64,000 nt of DNA from Eledone cirrhosa (lineage: Eukaryota). Location: the NCBI GenBank assembly GCA_964016885.1, contig OZ024760.1, positions 35,030,001-35,094,000 of the forward strand, in the 5' to 3' direction. Under the pieces are notes generated by a model that worked only from the letters and a program-made list of their open reading frames with translations, made no database searches and was not told the DNA's origin. Positions 40,131-52,744 of this stretch are shown here, piece after piece. How positions within the stretch are numbered: position 1 is the stretch's first letter; every line of letters begins with the position of its first letter. A program made the position numbers and the translations under genes.

Positions 40131-40155
40131 CAATAACAATAATAATAATAATAAT

Positions 40156-43100
40156 TTCCATGTACGTCCAATACCATGCGTAACGAAGCATGTACTGCGA
40201 GATGAACAAATAAAAATTAATACACAATGCCAAATCGCTTTTTCTATAGTTAATCAGGAAGCGCGTCCCGCAGGAAGGTGCCAACCTCAGATCGAAAAGT
40301 CCTCCACTGGTACAAACTCTTCTCTAATTATGGACCTGGATGGTCACTTGATCGGGGATTGCCCCAACTCGAGCCCTCCAGATCCACCACCCAAACCACC
40401 TCAAAAAGAAAACCTAAAAGAATGAAATGGACCCGAGAAAAGTATAAAGAAGTAATATATGCATATTACTATGCATTAGGTAAGCCATCACAAGACAGAC
40501 ACTTTAAACTCCTACAAAATCTGGAAAACTCGGAATTAAGCTAGCAGACGTGATATGGATGGAAATAAGTTGGCAAATGTAAGGAGGTATATCTTCAGAA
40601 ATAATAGACTCACAGACACTGAACTAACTGCGATCAAACAGGCTGTGGAGAATGACATAAATATAAATGATGAAAGAACTGAAGAATCTCCTGGAGATAG
40701 TAACCAGTCACAAGTCTTTACTGAAAGACCTCCATCTGACCAAATCACAAACAGGTTTGTAGAAATGAGAAGCCCTATTGAACCCACTGAAATAGCCAGG
40801 AGAGGGACTTAGAAACAGTAATTGAAAACCAAACATCTGCTGAAGAACACAGGGAGACTATGAAGGAATTAAAGCAAAAAATACTGAATGTCTTACTACT
40901 GCAAGCAGTAGTAACACATTCTAGTATAAATGATAGAGAACCACTTCAAAAATTCCCAAATACAATCCAAAATAGAAAACAAATAATTGTTTCTACTTTT
41001 AGCACAAGGCCAGCAATTACCCAATGCATTACTGGTACTTTATTCTATCGACCCCGGAAGGATGAAAGGCAAAGTTAACCTCGGCGGGATTTGAACTCAG
41101 ATCATACAGGGAGGTAACTCTATGCTTCAAAGCATGGCATCCGACCCTCTACCGATACTGCCAATCCACCAAATAGAAAACAAATAATTGTTTCTACTTT
41201 AGGCACAAGGCCAGCAATTACCCAGTACATTACTGGTACTTTATTTTATCGACCCCGTAAGGATGAAAGGCAAAGTTAACCTCGACGGGATTTGAACTCA
41301 AAAATAGAAAACAAATAATGATTGGTAATTCTGTGACAAAAGAAATCATAGAAGAAATAGAACCTGATCTTACTGAGTTAAATGAAATCATTTATGCATC
41401 TGCTAGAGTAATTGAAAGAAGTTGTTTACCACCAAAAAAACAAAAAAAGGCGCACCTTCGAGGTAAACCAATTTGGAGGAGTAGAATCGAAAAGGAGATT
41501 GACGTAACGAGAGGAGAAATATCTTTATTGAGTGAGTTAACCGCTGGAAATGATATAAGATCCAAGAAAGTAAGAAAGCTAAAGAGAAAATATGGACTGT
41601 CTTCTAGAGAAGCAATAGTTTCAACAAAAGAATCTCTGAAACAAAAAGTCCAACGAATTCGTAGATTCGAGAAACGAAACAACCTCTACAGGCAGAATAA
41701 GTTGTTCTCATCCAATGCCATGTCATTTTATAGAGAAGTAGGGAAGAAAAAAATAATTATTGAAGAAGTTGAAAACTTCTGGAGTAAGATTTGGAGTGAT
41801 GAGAAGACATATAATGCTAATGTAGATTGGATTAGTCGCCTGGAAAAATCCAACACAAATTTAGAAGAACAGGCGTGGGAAGACATATCTATAGCGGACT
41901 TAAGGACAGCACTCAATAAATCTCATATTTGGAAATCTCCTGGTAGAGACAGGGTGCCAAATTTCTGGCTTTCCTGACTCCCGTGCACTCACAATATATT
42001 GGTCAAGCTGTTTAATGGAATTATGAAAGATCCAAAACATACACCTGATTAGATAGCAAGTGGCATTACCTACCTTCTACCAAAGAACAACGAAACCAAA
42101 GATCCAAGAAACTATCGGCCCATAACCTGCTTGTCCACCACTTATAAACTATTAACCTCTATTTTCATGGAAAAAGCATACGTGTTTTTGGAGGAAAACA
42201 ATCTTTTCCCCATTGAACAAAGGGGTGCCGACGAGGTTCATATGGTTGCAAAGATCAACTTTTGATTAATCGTATGATACTTGACAACTGTCATAATAAA
42301 CACAGAAATCTCAGTTCTGCATGGATCGATTATAAAAAAAGCCTTTGACAGCATACCACACTAATGGATTCTGAAATCACTGGACATCTTCAAAATCTCA
42401 CCTGAGATCTCAAACTTCCTGAAGCACAATATGTCATTATGGAACACAAAGTGTCTCATTCCACTGGGGTACTGTGCTCTAGGAATATAAACATCAACTG
42501 TGGTATATTCCAGGGTGACTCACTTTCACCCTTGCTTTTCTGCATAGCTTTAATACCCTTTACATCCAAACTTAATATAACAGGGTACGGTTATAGAATT
42601 GACAACAAAAAAATAAGCCACCTATTTTATATGGATGATTTGAAGCTATATTGCAAAGATAATGATGAACTGGAAGGCCTTTTGCGGACAGTAAAAACGT
42701 TTAGCGATGACATCAGGATGGAGTTTGGACTTGACAAGTGTGCAAAAGCCACTTTCAAGAAGGGAAAGCTTGTCAACTCAGACTCAGTTGAATTGGATGC
42801 TGAAACAATCATAATGGAACTTGAGCAGGAACAAACCTATAAATACTTAGGGATTAATGAGGGCTCTGGCATACAGCATGCAAGTATGAAAGAGAGGATA
42901 AGGAAAGAATGTTACAGGAGAGTACGTGCAGTTCTGAGATCAGAACTAAACGCTCGTAATAAATTCCTTTGCAGTCCTAGTTGTCATTTATAGCTTCGGT
43001 GTGTTGAACTGGAATATGAGTTAAATCAAAAGAATCGACACCAAAGTCCGTATGCTACTGACCTGTAATAGGATGCACCATCCAAAAGCAGATGTGGGTC

Positions 43101-44262
43101 GTCTTTACCTTCCTAGAACTCAAGGAGGCCGTGGCCTGATCCAATTTGAACTTGCTTACAAGACCACCATCATTGGACTGGCCAAATACCTTGAAACAAC
43201 TAACGACTGTATGCTGAAACTTGTTGAAAAGCATGAGAGAAGTAAGAAGCTTCATTCTATCGTGAAGGAGAGCAAAAAATATGCTACTGATCTCATGCTT
43301 GATACCCAGGCTGGACAGACTAAAGAAACTGTTGCAACTGATGCTGCATAAAATCACTGGCAAGGACAATTAGCATCAAATTGGGAGCAGAAACCTCTGC
43401 ATGGCAAATATGTGGCCCGTAGCAAACAAGTTGATGTTGACCAAAAGCACACCCATCAGTGGCTACGTAGTTCAGGGCTAAAGGTGGAGAGTAAAGGCTT
43501 CATCTTAGCTGCCCAATATCAAAGCTTATTGACTCGTAATTACCAGGCCAATGTGATGAGAAACGGAATAAACCCAAAGTGCCGATTCTGCAATGCTGAG
43601 GTTGAAACAGTGGATCACTTAGTCTCTGGATGTAAAGTTTTAGCACCAGTAGAATACAAATATAGACATGACCGAGTTGGCCAATATCTACACTGGGTAA
43701 TATGTCGGCATTACAAAATCAAAGCTGAAGACAAGTGGTACAATCATCATCCTGAGGCTGTAACTGAAGGAGAAAAAGTAACAATTCTCTGGGACTTTCC
43801 TGTACATACTGACAGGACCATAAAATAGACCTGACATCATTATAAAAGATCAACATAACAAGGTTTGTTTGTTGATAGATATGAGCATCCCATGTGATCA
43901 CAATATAGGCCGTTACAATACCAATGATTGTGAGAGGACTGGGAATGATCAAGAAAGGAACAGAACAATATTTGCGAATGATTCCTGGTTTACCCTCTCT
44001 GCAAGAGGTGCAAAAAATTGTTTTGACTGGTACTGCACACGTATTGAGAAGAGCACTATCTCTGTAAGATTGATATCCCTCCATGTATTTACATATGATA
44101 TGCACATGTGTATATATGTATACTGTTTTTATTTTGTTTTTTTTTATTATAATCAATGTGCTGTATTAACTGGCTTACCAATGCACACTGTGAATTTATT
44201 TGCCCTAGGTGTCAGAAAGACATTCAGCATATATCTCAGAAACAATAATGAAAGAAAATAAA
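40156..44262 (+). mobile_element. Dong/R4-type family C, more heavily decayed
   Basis: KSPGRD, GIFQGDSLSP, FYMDDLK, CRFCNAEVETVDHLVSGC, RHD, ILWDF; many stops; own 3' UTR followed by (AAT)n. Confidence 0.85.
40986..41300 (-). mobile_element. Two tandem SINE insertions in family C
   Basis: Copies at ~40986-41169 and ~41187-41300; the target sequence AAATAGAAAACAAATAAT occurs three times. Confidence 0.82.
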
Positions 44263-44283
44263 AATAATAATAATAATAATAAT

Positions 44284-45368
44284 TAAGTTGGAAATGGAAA
44301 GTGGAGTATGTCAGGCAAACGAGCCAGTGGGAAATGAAGGTGAAGAGGTTGAGAGACCTGAGGAAGCATCCTAAGCAGACAATGATCTGAATACTGAAAT
44401 AAATAACATCTGGAACAAAGATACGGCCATTGAGGAAATGAATGCTAACGGGCTAGGCCAAGATTTGGTTGATATCCTGAACTTAGTGGTAGATGAAATG
44501 AACAATGATAGTGGAAAACCAATGAACCTAAGATTTGTAGACAGGAAAAATTTAAAAGAAACAACAGCTAAGGTAAACAAAGTCATCCCATACCTTGAGG
44601 CGAGGAACCTTCACCAAAGCAACAATATCTTCAAAGCAACCGCAAATGCGGAAATGAGAAAAGACACTGGAAAGCTTGAGTCCTTACTGAATGTAATGTG
44701 GAAACTGTTAACAAGCATTGTGTCTGAGGAAATCTACCATCACCTCCACATAAACAACTTGTTACCGGACGAACAGAAAAGATGCCGAAAGAAGTCCCGT
44801 GGTACAAAAGACCAGTTACTTATTGATAAGATGGTAATGAGGAATTGCAAGAGGAGGCACACTGGTATTGCCATGGGAGGGATAGATTACAAAAAGGCAT
44901 TCGACATGGTACCTCATTCATGGATAACCAAAAGCCTAGAGATCTTCAAGGTGGCAGATAACATCAGACAGTTGTTGAGCAAAAGTATGAAGTCCTAGGA
45001 AACAGAGTTAACATCTAGTGGAGAATCCTTAGGAGGCGTGAAGATCAAGAGAGGTATCTTCCAGGGAGATAGTTTGTCCCCTCTGCTGTTTGTCCTTACT
45101 CTGATACCCCTGACCGTTATATTACGAAAAGTGAATTCCCGAGCTGTGTCTATTATTAGGTACAGTGCGGGAATTCTGAACAAAAAGAAATGGAGTGATG
45201 TCGATAGACTCTACTTAAAGAGATCTGAAGGTGGAAGAGGGCTTATCAGCATAGAGGATTGTGTTCAGATGGAGAAAAACAACCTACACAAATACGTGAC
45301 TGATAGTAGGGAGCCAATGCTCAAAATTGTACTGAAGGAGAAGACAATAAACCAGGGGATGACCAAGG
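44284..45368 (+). mobile_element. Family B derivative with multiple internal deletions
   Basis: Colinear jumps through family B sequence (e.g. ESLLN|VMWKLL, ILRKV|NSRAV). Confidence 0.8.
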
Positions 45369-45465
45369 ATGAAAGGCAAACTTAACCTCGGCGGGATTTT
45401 AACTCAGAATGGAAAGGACCGTAACTCTATGCGTCAAAGCATGGCGTCCGACCCTCTACCAAGGT
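45365..45465 (-). mobile_element. SINE 5' fragment
   Basis: AAGGATGAAAGGCAAA..CCTCGGCGGGATTT..CATGGCGTCCGACCCTCTACC matches the other SINE copies. Confidence 0.7.
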
Positions 45466-45521
45466 ACAAATAATAATAATAATAATAATAATAATAAAGA
45501 AAAAAAATTGAAGGAGCATAC

Positions 45522-45762
45522 CATACAAACTTTGAATTCCTCTGACATCATCAACATGTAGCTTGAAGTTTGGAATATATCCCCGATAATAAGGGACCAT
45601 TAGAGCTTCTGACACTTGAGAATGGGCCAGACCAAGGGCATGACTAAATTCATGTGCAGCAACAATTTGCAGGTTGTTACCTTTTTCTGTATTGATTGTC
45701 CATTGTCTTCTGAATCATCAAAGTGGGTGTCACCGGAAATAAAGCATAAGCAAGAACGCCAC
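45522..45762 (-). pseudogene. Decayed exon of a matrix metalloproteinase (M10) catalytic domain
   Basis: Across two frameshifts it reads [79 protein letters not shown] (HExxHxxGxxH plus Met-turn); acceptor TCTTCATTCCTAG, donor GTATGC. Confidence 0.85.
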
Positions 45763-46009
45763 CTAGGAATGAAGAGAGTAAACATGTGATATTTTCTAAA
45801 CTTTTTTGTGGTGGAGAGGCTTTATAAAAATAGACACAAAAATGATGGATGTTGTTTAATGTAAGTATATCATCATTTTTACGTCAATTTTTCCAGCATG
45901 GGTCGGACTGAACTTTTTGAGTCTGGTACCACCCTGGGTTTATCATATAAAAAACTGGCCATTTTGAAATGTTCATATTTATATTAAAATCTTCCATCAT
46001 AATTTTTGT

Positions 46010-46127
46010 TTATGAAATCTTTGCTATGCAATGTAAAACTTTTTTACACGACTGTATGTAAAATTCCAACCATATGTCTTTGAATTGTCCCCTTTTCTTG
46101 TGCGCCCTTGCGACAAATAAAGAAATC
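46010..46127 (+). mobile_element. Solo Tx1-type 3' end
   Basis: TTGTCCCC..CCCTTGCGACAAATAAAGAAATC followed by (TATC)n; 5' boundary uncertain. Confidence 0.65.
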
Positions 46128-46173
46128 TATCTATCTATCTATCTATAAATATGTATATATAGATAGATAGATA

Positions 46174-46849
46174 GATTTCTTTATTTGCCACAAGGGAGCA
46201 AAAGAAAAGGGGACAATACAAAGACATATGGCGGGGATTTTACATACAGTTATGTAAAAAAGTTTTAACATTAAAATATAATAATCGAAATCCCCAATAG
46301 GGGGGAGGCGTTACAAATGGGTTGCTTTATACCCCGTAGATAGAACAACCCTCAATTCCAGGAGCATGTTGTGAAAGTGCTCCTTTCTTCCTGTTGCTCT
46401 CCTCTTCAACCTACAGGCTTATATACAGAGAAGACCCAATCACTCGGACCATTTTTGCCACGTTCACCCATCGTTCAGTAAATTTACTGTGGTGCAGTAC
46501 CTCTCTCTCCACTCTGATTCTCCTTCTAAAGTGGCACCTAAAGAAGAGAATGAGTTGTTGTCCAGAGAGAAAGGCATCTTTCCTCAGTCCTCTCAACATT
46601 GTCCACCATATAACCTCTTTTACCATAGCCACTCTACAGAGGAAAACCGCATCTCTTTCGGTTTTAAATGAAGATGGCGGTTTGATCCTTACTATGGACT
46701 CAGCAGTCAACTGGATTTGTCCCACACGTGACAGCAGTTGTTCTGCGTAGTTCCACAGGTCGGTTACGCCTGGGCAGTGTACAATTGCGTGCAGGACGGT
46801 TTCAATGTCCCGCTCGCCTCTTGGACACGTCCTCTTTGAAGGATCCCTG
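46174..46849 (-). mobile_element. 5'-truncated Tx1-clade element T4
   Basis: CPRGERDIETVLHAIVHC C-terminus (ORF 46411-46887); 3' end AATAAAGAAATC followed by (TATC)n. Confidence 0.82.
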
Positions 46850-47049
46850 GTTAACTGTCGATCAGTTTTTGTAAAGATCGATATCAACTAATTTGTGAGT
46901 TTATTTCGCCATCATTAAGTCCCAGGTTCGATCACACCTATGTGAAACTAGATAGACTGAAACTGTATAGAAGTATGTAATTCAAATGGCCAGTCTTATA
47001 ACACTGAATCTCCCTGAGAATTACGTATGTAATTATAGATCAACTTCTA

Positions 47050-47225
47050 GTGCTATAGCATGACCAAGCTGTTTAGATATTGCTGTACCATGGCCAGGAT
47101 TTTTAGATGGTGCTGTAGCATGGCCAGGGATCTTAGAAGGTGCTTTAGCATGGCCAGGGATCATAGAAGGTGCTGTAGTATGGCTAGGGATCTTAGAATG
47201 TGCTGTAGTATGCCAGGATACTTGG
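47050..47225. repeat. 30-bp minisatellite
   Basis: About 6 units resembling TGCTGTAGCATGGCCAGGGATCTTAGAAGG. Confidence 0.85.
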
Positions 47226-47624
47226 AACATGCGCACTGGATTTCTAAATCTCGTGCTTGCACATTCACCCCCCCCCCCCCCCCTCCATGGCCGTCAGTTT
47301 GTAGGATTTTCTAATCTTTCCAAAAACTCTTGTTAAGTGGTTTAACAATGGACAAGAGCAGCTTTCCGAAATGTAACCTAAATTTTTATATTACGTTGAT
47401 ATATTTTTTGTCGCCCGACCCTCTACCGATAATTGGCGATTATAAAGTTAAAAACACTGTGTATATATATACTGAAGTATATGTATGTATTTTTCTATTT
47501 TCTTTATTAATTTCTTTATTTAGATATTGTTAATACATAAAAATTATGTTATACAATACACCTTTTAACACCTTTTATTTGAAGGAAAACGAACATTTAC
47601 GATAGATAGACAATTAAGTGTGAA

Positions 47625-48056
47625 GTCTCCGATTTTTAATTGAAAATGCATCAGAAAATCGGACATTTGAGACTTAATGGTTTAAGGCATCGATGTTATC
47701 ATCAACTTCAATTTCGTCATCAACAATTTCAATTTCATCATCGCCAACTTCAGTTTCGTTTTCGACAACTCAAGTTCGTTATCATCAACTTCAATTACAT
47801 CATTAAGTCTGCCTGTCCGATTTTTAATGGGAAATGCATTACAAAATCGGACATCAACTATATAGATGTCCGACTGTTAATACTAAAATGCATTACGAAA
47901 TCGGACATCAAGATGTCCGATTTTGTAATGTATTTTAGTATTAAGTCGGACAGCTTCATAGTACATGTCCGATTTTGTAATGTATTTCCCATTAAAAATC
48001 GGACATGCAGACTTAATGACGTAATTGAAATTAACGATAACGAAATTGAAGTTGAC
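47625..48056. repeat. Fold-back / MITE-like palindrome built from TGTCCGAT..ATCGGACA subrepeats
   Basis: Arms ~47765-47909 and ~47912-48056 are imperfect reverse complements; an extra subunit lies at 47625-47667. Confidence 0.7.
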
Positions 48057-48059
48057 TTC

Positions 48060-48225
48060 TCCAGACCCTTACTCCGTCTACAGGTCTCTACAGACGTCTA
48101 CCGACCCCTTACTCCGTCTACAGGGGTCCACAGACTGCTACAGACCCTTACTCTCTCTACAGGGGTCTACAGACTTCTACAGACCCTTACTCTCTCTACA
48201 GGGGTTTACAGACTGTTACGGACCT
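48060..48225. repeat. 39-bp minisatellite
   Basis: About 4 units resembling CAGACCCTTACTCTCTCTACAGGGGTCTACAGACTTCTA. Confidence 0.8.
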
Positions 48226-48460
48226 TTCTCTCTCTTTCTCCTAGTCTCACAGGCTCTCACCTTCTCTGGCCACAGACTACACCAGCATAGCAGTGCTTCG
48301 GTTCAATTATCTGAAATTCCGAGGGTCCCCCTCTTTCCTGCTTCTGTTATTCCCACTGAAGGAATCTCCGAGGTTCCTCATATCCTAAAATCGATTGCGA
48401 GTATTGTAGTCTCTCGCAATAACAACAACAACAACAATAAACATTTGTCATTGTAGCGAT

Positions 48461-48650
48461 TAGGGCGGTGGATTGGCAGTATCGGAAGAGGGTCGGACGC
48501 CATGCTTTGCAGCAAAAAGTTACGGCCCTTTATGGTCTGAGTTCAAATCCCGCCCAGGTTAACTTTGCCTTTCATTCTTACGGGGTCGATAAAATAAAGT
48601 ACCAGTAATGCGCTGGGTATTTGCTGGCCTTGTGCCAAAAGTAGAAACAG
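48461..48650 (+). mobile_element. Near full-length tRNA-type SINE
   Basis: A-box TGGCAGTATCGG, B-box GAGTTCAAATCC, body GGGGTCGATAAAATAAAGTACCAGT; possible TAGCGA duplication at the ends. Confidence 0.8.
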
Positions 48651-48688
48651 TTATAGCGAAAGTCTTTTTTAAAATCTGTGTTGTTGGA

Positions 48689-49006
48689 CACACATACATA
48701 TATACATAGATATACATACATACACACAGAAATACATATATATACACACATACACACAGAAATACATATATATACACAGAAATACATACATACACACAGA
48801 TACATACATACACACAGAGATACATACACAGAGAAATACACATACATACACCAAGAAATACACACACATACACCGATACACACAGAAATACACATACATA
48901 CACCAAGAAATACACATACATACACAGATACACACAGAAATACACACACATACACCAAGAAATACACATACATACACCAAGAAATACACATACATACACC
49001 GATACA
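48689..49006. repeat. Compound CA/TA microsatellite
   Basis: Degenerate (CA)n/(TACA)n with recurring GAAATAC. Confidence 0.9.
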
Positions 49007-49316
49007 GAATTGAGTTGTTTAGTGAGAGAGGGGGAATTGTGAGAACGAGTGAGATATGTAGCGAGATATAGAGTAATTTCTATTTATTTGCCACCAGGGC
49101 ATCAAAGATTGGGACAAATACAAAGGGGGGCATTTACATACATTTAAAAAGACGTGTAAAAAAACATATAACAAATTAAATTTAACAATCGATGTCCTCA
49201 ATAGGGAGGGGCGTTGACATGGGTCGCACACACCCCCGAAAAAATGTGCAGCCCTCCTCTTCAGGAGCACAAAGAGCGGGTGCTCCCTTCCTCTTCTCAT
49301 TCTTCTCCTCTCTCAC

Positions 49317-52300
49317 CTACAGGCTGATATAGAGAGAAGGCCCATTCACTCGGGCCATTCTCGCTACTTTCACCCACCTTTCATAAAACTTGCTGGGGTA
49401 GAGCACCTCTCTCTCCATTCTGATCCTTCTTCTAAAGTGGTACTTGAAAAAAAGGACCAGTTGTTGGCCGGAGAGAAAGGTGTCTGACTTCAGCCCTTTC
49501 AACCTTGTCCACCATACAACCTCTTTCGCCATAACTATCACACAGAGGAAAACCGCCTCTCCTTCGTTTTTGAAAGGGGGAGGCGGTTTGATCGTGACAA
49601 TGTTCTCGGTGGTCAACCGAATTGGTCCCACCCGCGACAGTAGTCGTTCCACATAGTCCCACAGGTCAGCAACGCCCGGGCAGTGTATGAATGCGTGTGC
49701 GACGGTTTCCTCGTCACGCATGCATCTCGGACAGATCTTCTTCGAGGGGTCCCTACCCGGGCGCCCGTGTCTGTAGAGCTTTCCCGAACGGGTAGAGCTC
49801 CTCGGTAACATTGCCAAGCCAGGGACTTTTGGAAGTTGTCCATCGGTCCCGGGCCAAACGTCCTACCGAACAGACTGGCTAGCTCATCTTCCTCCATGCC
49901 CAGAGCCTCTCCGAGAGCGTCGTCGCACTTACTGCGCACCAACCCTCTATAGAAGTTGAGGTTGAGTCTCCACTGATAGCCGGATCCGCTAGCCAGAGGG
50001 CCGTGAGCAGCTGGGCACATTCAATGTGCCAGTCGCCCACTTTTCTCGGCCTTTGCTTGACCCAGGATTGCAGCTCGGTGAGTGAGACGAGTCTCGGAAA
50101 GGCTCGCCTCACAAACAGGGCCCACACCGGCTCACCGGTGAGGAATACCTGGAGGTGCCGTAGCCTTAATGCGCGTCTACGCATCGTCAGCCACGGCATC
50201 CCCAGCCCTCCGTTCGAAGGGTGTTGACAGCAGATGGATCTTCTCACCAAAGGAGCCCGCTTCTTCCAAAGAAATCGGAAGAGCGCGCGCTCCATTTTGG
50301 CGAGTGTTTTCTCTGGGCAAGGCACGACGGTCAAGCGGTAGTAGATGACGGACGCTATATAAGCGTTCGCCACCTCCGCTCGACCTTTCAGGGATAGTTT
50401 GCACTCGGCCCACTTCTGGGCGAGTGCAAACACCTTGCCCGTTACCTCGTCCCAGTTTTTCTCCACCTGGAGGTCCGGTCCGAACCAGACCCCGAGCAGC
50501 TTCACCGGTCCCTCCACGTTCTGAGTTGCAAACCGACGGACTTGTTCCGGTTCAGCTTGGCTCCTGTGAACCTTTCATATTCCTCCAGTAAGATGCCGAT
50601 CTGCCCGATTTCCGAGGCGCACGACACCATTACTGTCACGTCATCGGCGTAGGCCAACACCACTTTCCGCAATCCCGGTTCCAAGGGGATGCGCTGCAAC
50701 TGCTCCAGCTTCCGCAGTAGTGGCTCGAGAGCCAGCACATACAGAAGGGAGGAGAGAGGGCATCCCTGTCGGATGGATCGCGTGATTTGGAACGGCTCCG
50801 AGAGGTAGCCGTTCACCTTGACCCTCGAGCAGGTGTTGCTGTGCATTGCAGCAATCCAGCCCCTGAAAACGGGTTCGAAGCCTGCCGCCGCGAGCACCGC
50901 ATCCAGGTACCGATGGTCGACCCTATCGAACGCCTTAGATTGATCCAATTTGATCAGGGCCCCACCAAAGCTGGGTTCGTTCCCTACCCTCTCTACTATG
51001 TATCGCATGAGGTGGAGGTTGTCGTGTATGGACCTGGACGGGATTGCGCATGTCTGCGCTTCTCCCACCAGGTTCCCGACGACAAGCGCCAACCTCTTCG
51101 CTAACACCTTGGCCAAAATCTTTAACTCTGTGTTTAGCAGAGTTATGGGCCTGAAGTTATCTATGTCATCCCCCTTGTTCTCGTCCTTCCTTACCAGCGT
51201 GACTACGCCCTTGGTCACACAACTGGGAATTCTCCCGTTCTGTTGCCAGTTGCAGTAGACCGCCTCGAGGAGACCGGAGAACAAGCCCGGCATCGCTACA
51301 TAAAGTTCGTATGGTAGACCATCGAGACCCGGAGATTTGCGTTTGCCGCATTGGCTCAGCGCTTCCCCTATCTCAGCTGCTGAAATCGGCCTCTCGCAGG
51401 ACTTCGCCTCCCCGTCCGAGAGCCGCGCCAGACCGTCGAGGTATGGACCGAAATTCATGGCCCCACCCGGCGCGCCGCCCCTTCCGAACAGTTGAGCAAA
51501 GTGCCGCTGAAAGGCCGCACACATCTGCTTCGGCTCACGTATCACGCGTTCGTTTTGGTCCTTCAAAGACCGAATCGTGGACTTGTTGCCACTTTTTGCC
51601 TCTGTCACTCGGGCCCAGCTAACAGCTTTGGCTCCCTCGTTACCCAGAGCACGTATTTTACTCCTGACAACGCAGCCCTCGTGCTTCGCATCAAAGAACT
51701 GGTCTAGGGCCGTTCTTGACGCCAGCACGCCGGCCACGTTGCCACTCCTAATCGCCTCTTCTACTCTATCTATTAATTCCCTTTCAGTTCTATTCCTATC
51801 TGATGCTAATTCTTGACTAAAACCTATCGATTCTATTCTAATTTCTCTCTTGAGAGAGCCCCACCACCTGCTGTTGACAATTGCCCCCGTCAACCGCTGC
51901 TTAACTAGTGTGCTAATCTGCTTACTGTAAGCTTTGTTTGTCGGTAAAGACAAGTTTAGCTTCCAGTAACCGGGTCCCTGTCTATGAGTTCTATCAAGGT
52001 TGACCACTCCGGTCACCAACTTATGATCCGAATAGTCAACCATGAACATTTGTGGACAGCTTAATATGTCCCTATCCTTATTTCTAACTAGGAACCTATC
52101 TAGGTACGACCTAGATGTTCCGCTACGATTAGTCCACGTCCACAGTGGCACAGTCGGAAAATCTAGTCGATATCTATCGGCCAGATCAAATCGGCCGATT
52201 AATCGTTTGAGGCTGTTACACCCCCCTCTATCGGGACATGCCCCTACATAGTCCCAACGTGCATCCAGGATACCATTCCAGTCCCCCACTAAAATCAAGG

Positions 52301-52703
52301 AGCGAGATGTTCCCAGGAAATTCTCCAGGCGTCGGAAGAAGTCCGGTCGCAGTGTCCCAGATGGGGCATACGCTGCCACCAGCCTGAAAGCTCCACCTTC
52401 ACTACTGCCGACGTCTAAAACCACCAGTCGACCCTCCGGGTCCAGATGTACCTTCTGTGTGGCAAGACCCAGGTATTTTCGCAGCAGAACGACAACCCTA
52501 CCCCCACCCCTCGGCTGACAGAGAGATGCGTAGATCTCAAAGTCGTCGAAGATGGGGGCCAGTTGGTGCTCGCTGCTGATCCTGGACTCGCAAATAACCA
52601 TTACATCCACTCTGTGCGACCTGAGGTCATTTAAGAGTTTGCCCTGTTTCCAGGACATCCCCAGGCCGCGTGCATTCACACATCCAACTCTTATATTTGC
52701 CAT
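49317..52703 (-). pseudogene. T5 ORF2 (APE + RT + CCHC), disrupted
   Basis: 733-aa piece (CVNARG, VGDWN, SDHK, RQGCPLS, AYADD) plus 49879-50517, 49613-50020 and 49317-49817. Confidence 0.88.
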
Positions 52704-52744
52704 GTTGGTGCTGAAGAGTTAAAAGGAAGAGGAAAGGAAATTAC

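Noticed and set aside
46915-47030. Fragments of other SINE-like repeats (GGTTCGATC)
   Set aside because: Too degenerate to bound or classify from this window
47050-48225. 30-bp and 39-bp repeats as CRISPR arrays
   Set aside because: Contiguous units without unique spacers, no cas genes, eukaryotic context
48461-48555. tRNA gene
   Set aside because: A and B boxes are present but there is no cloverleaf, and it continues into the SINE body
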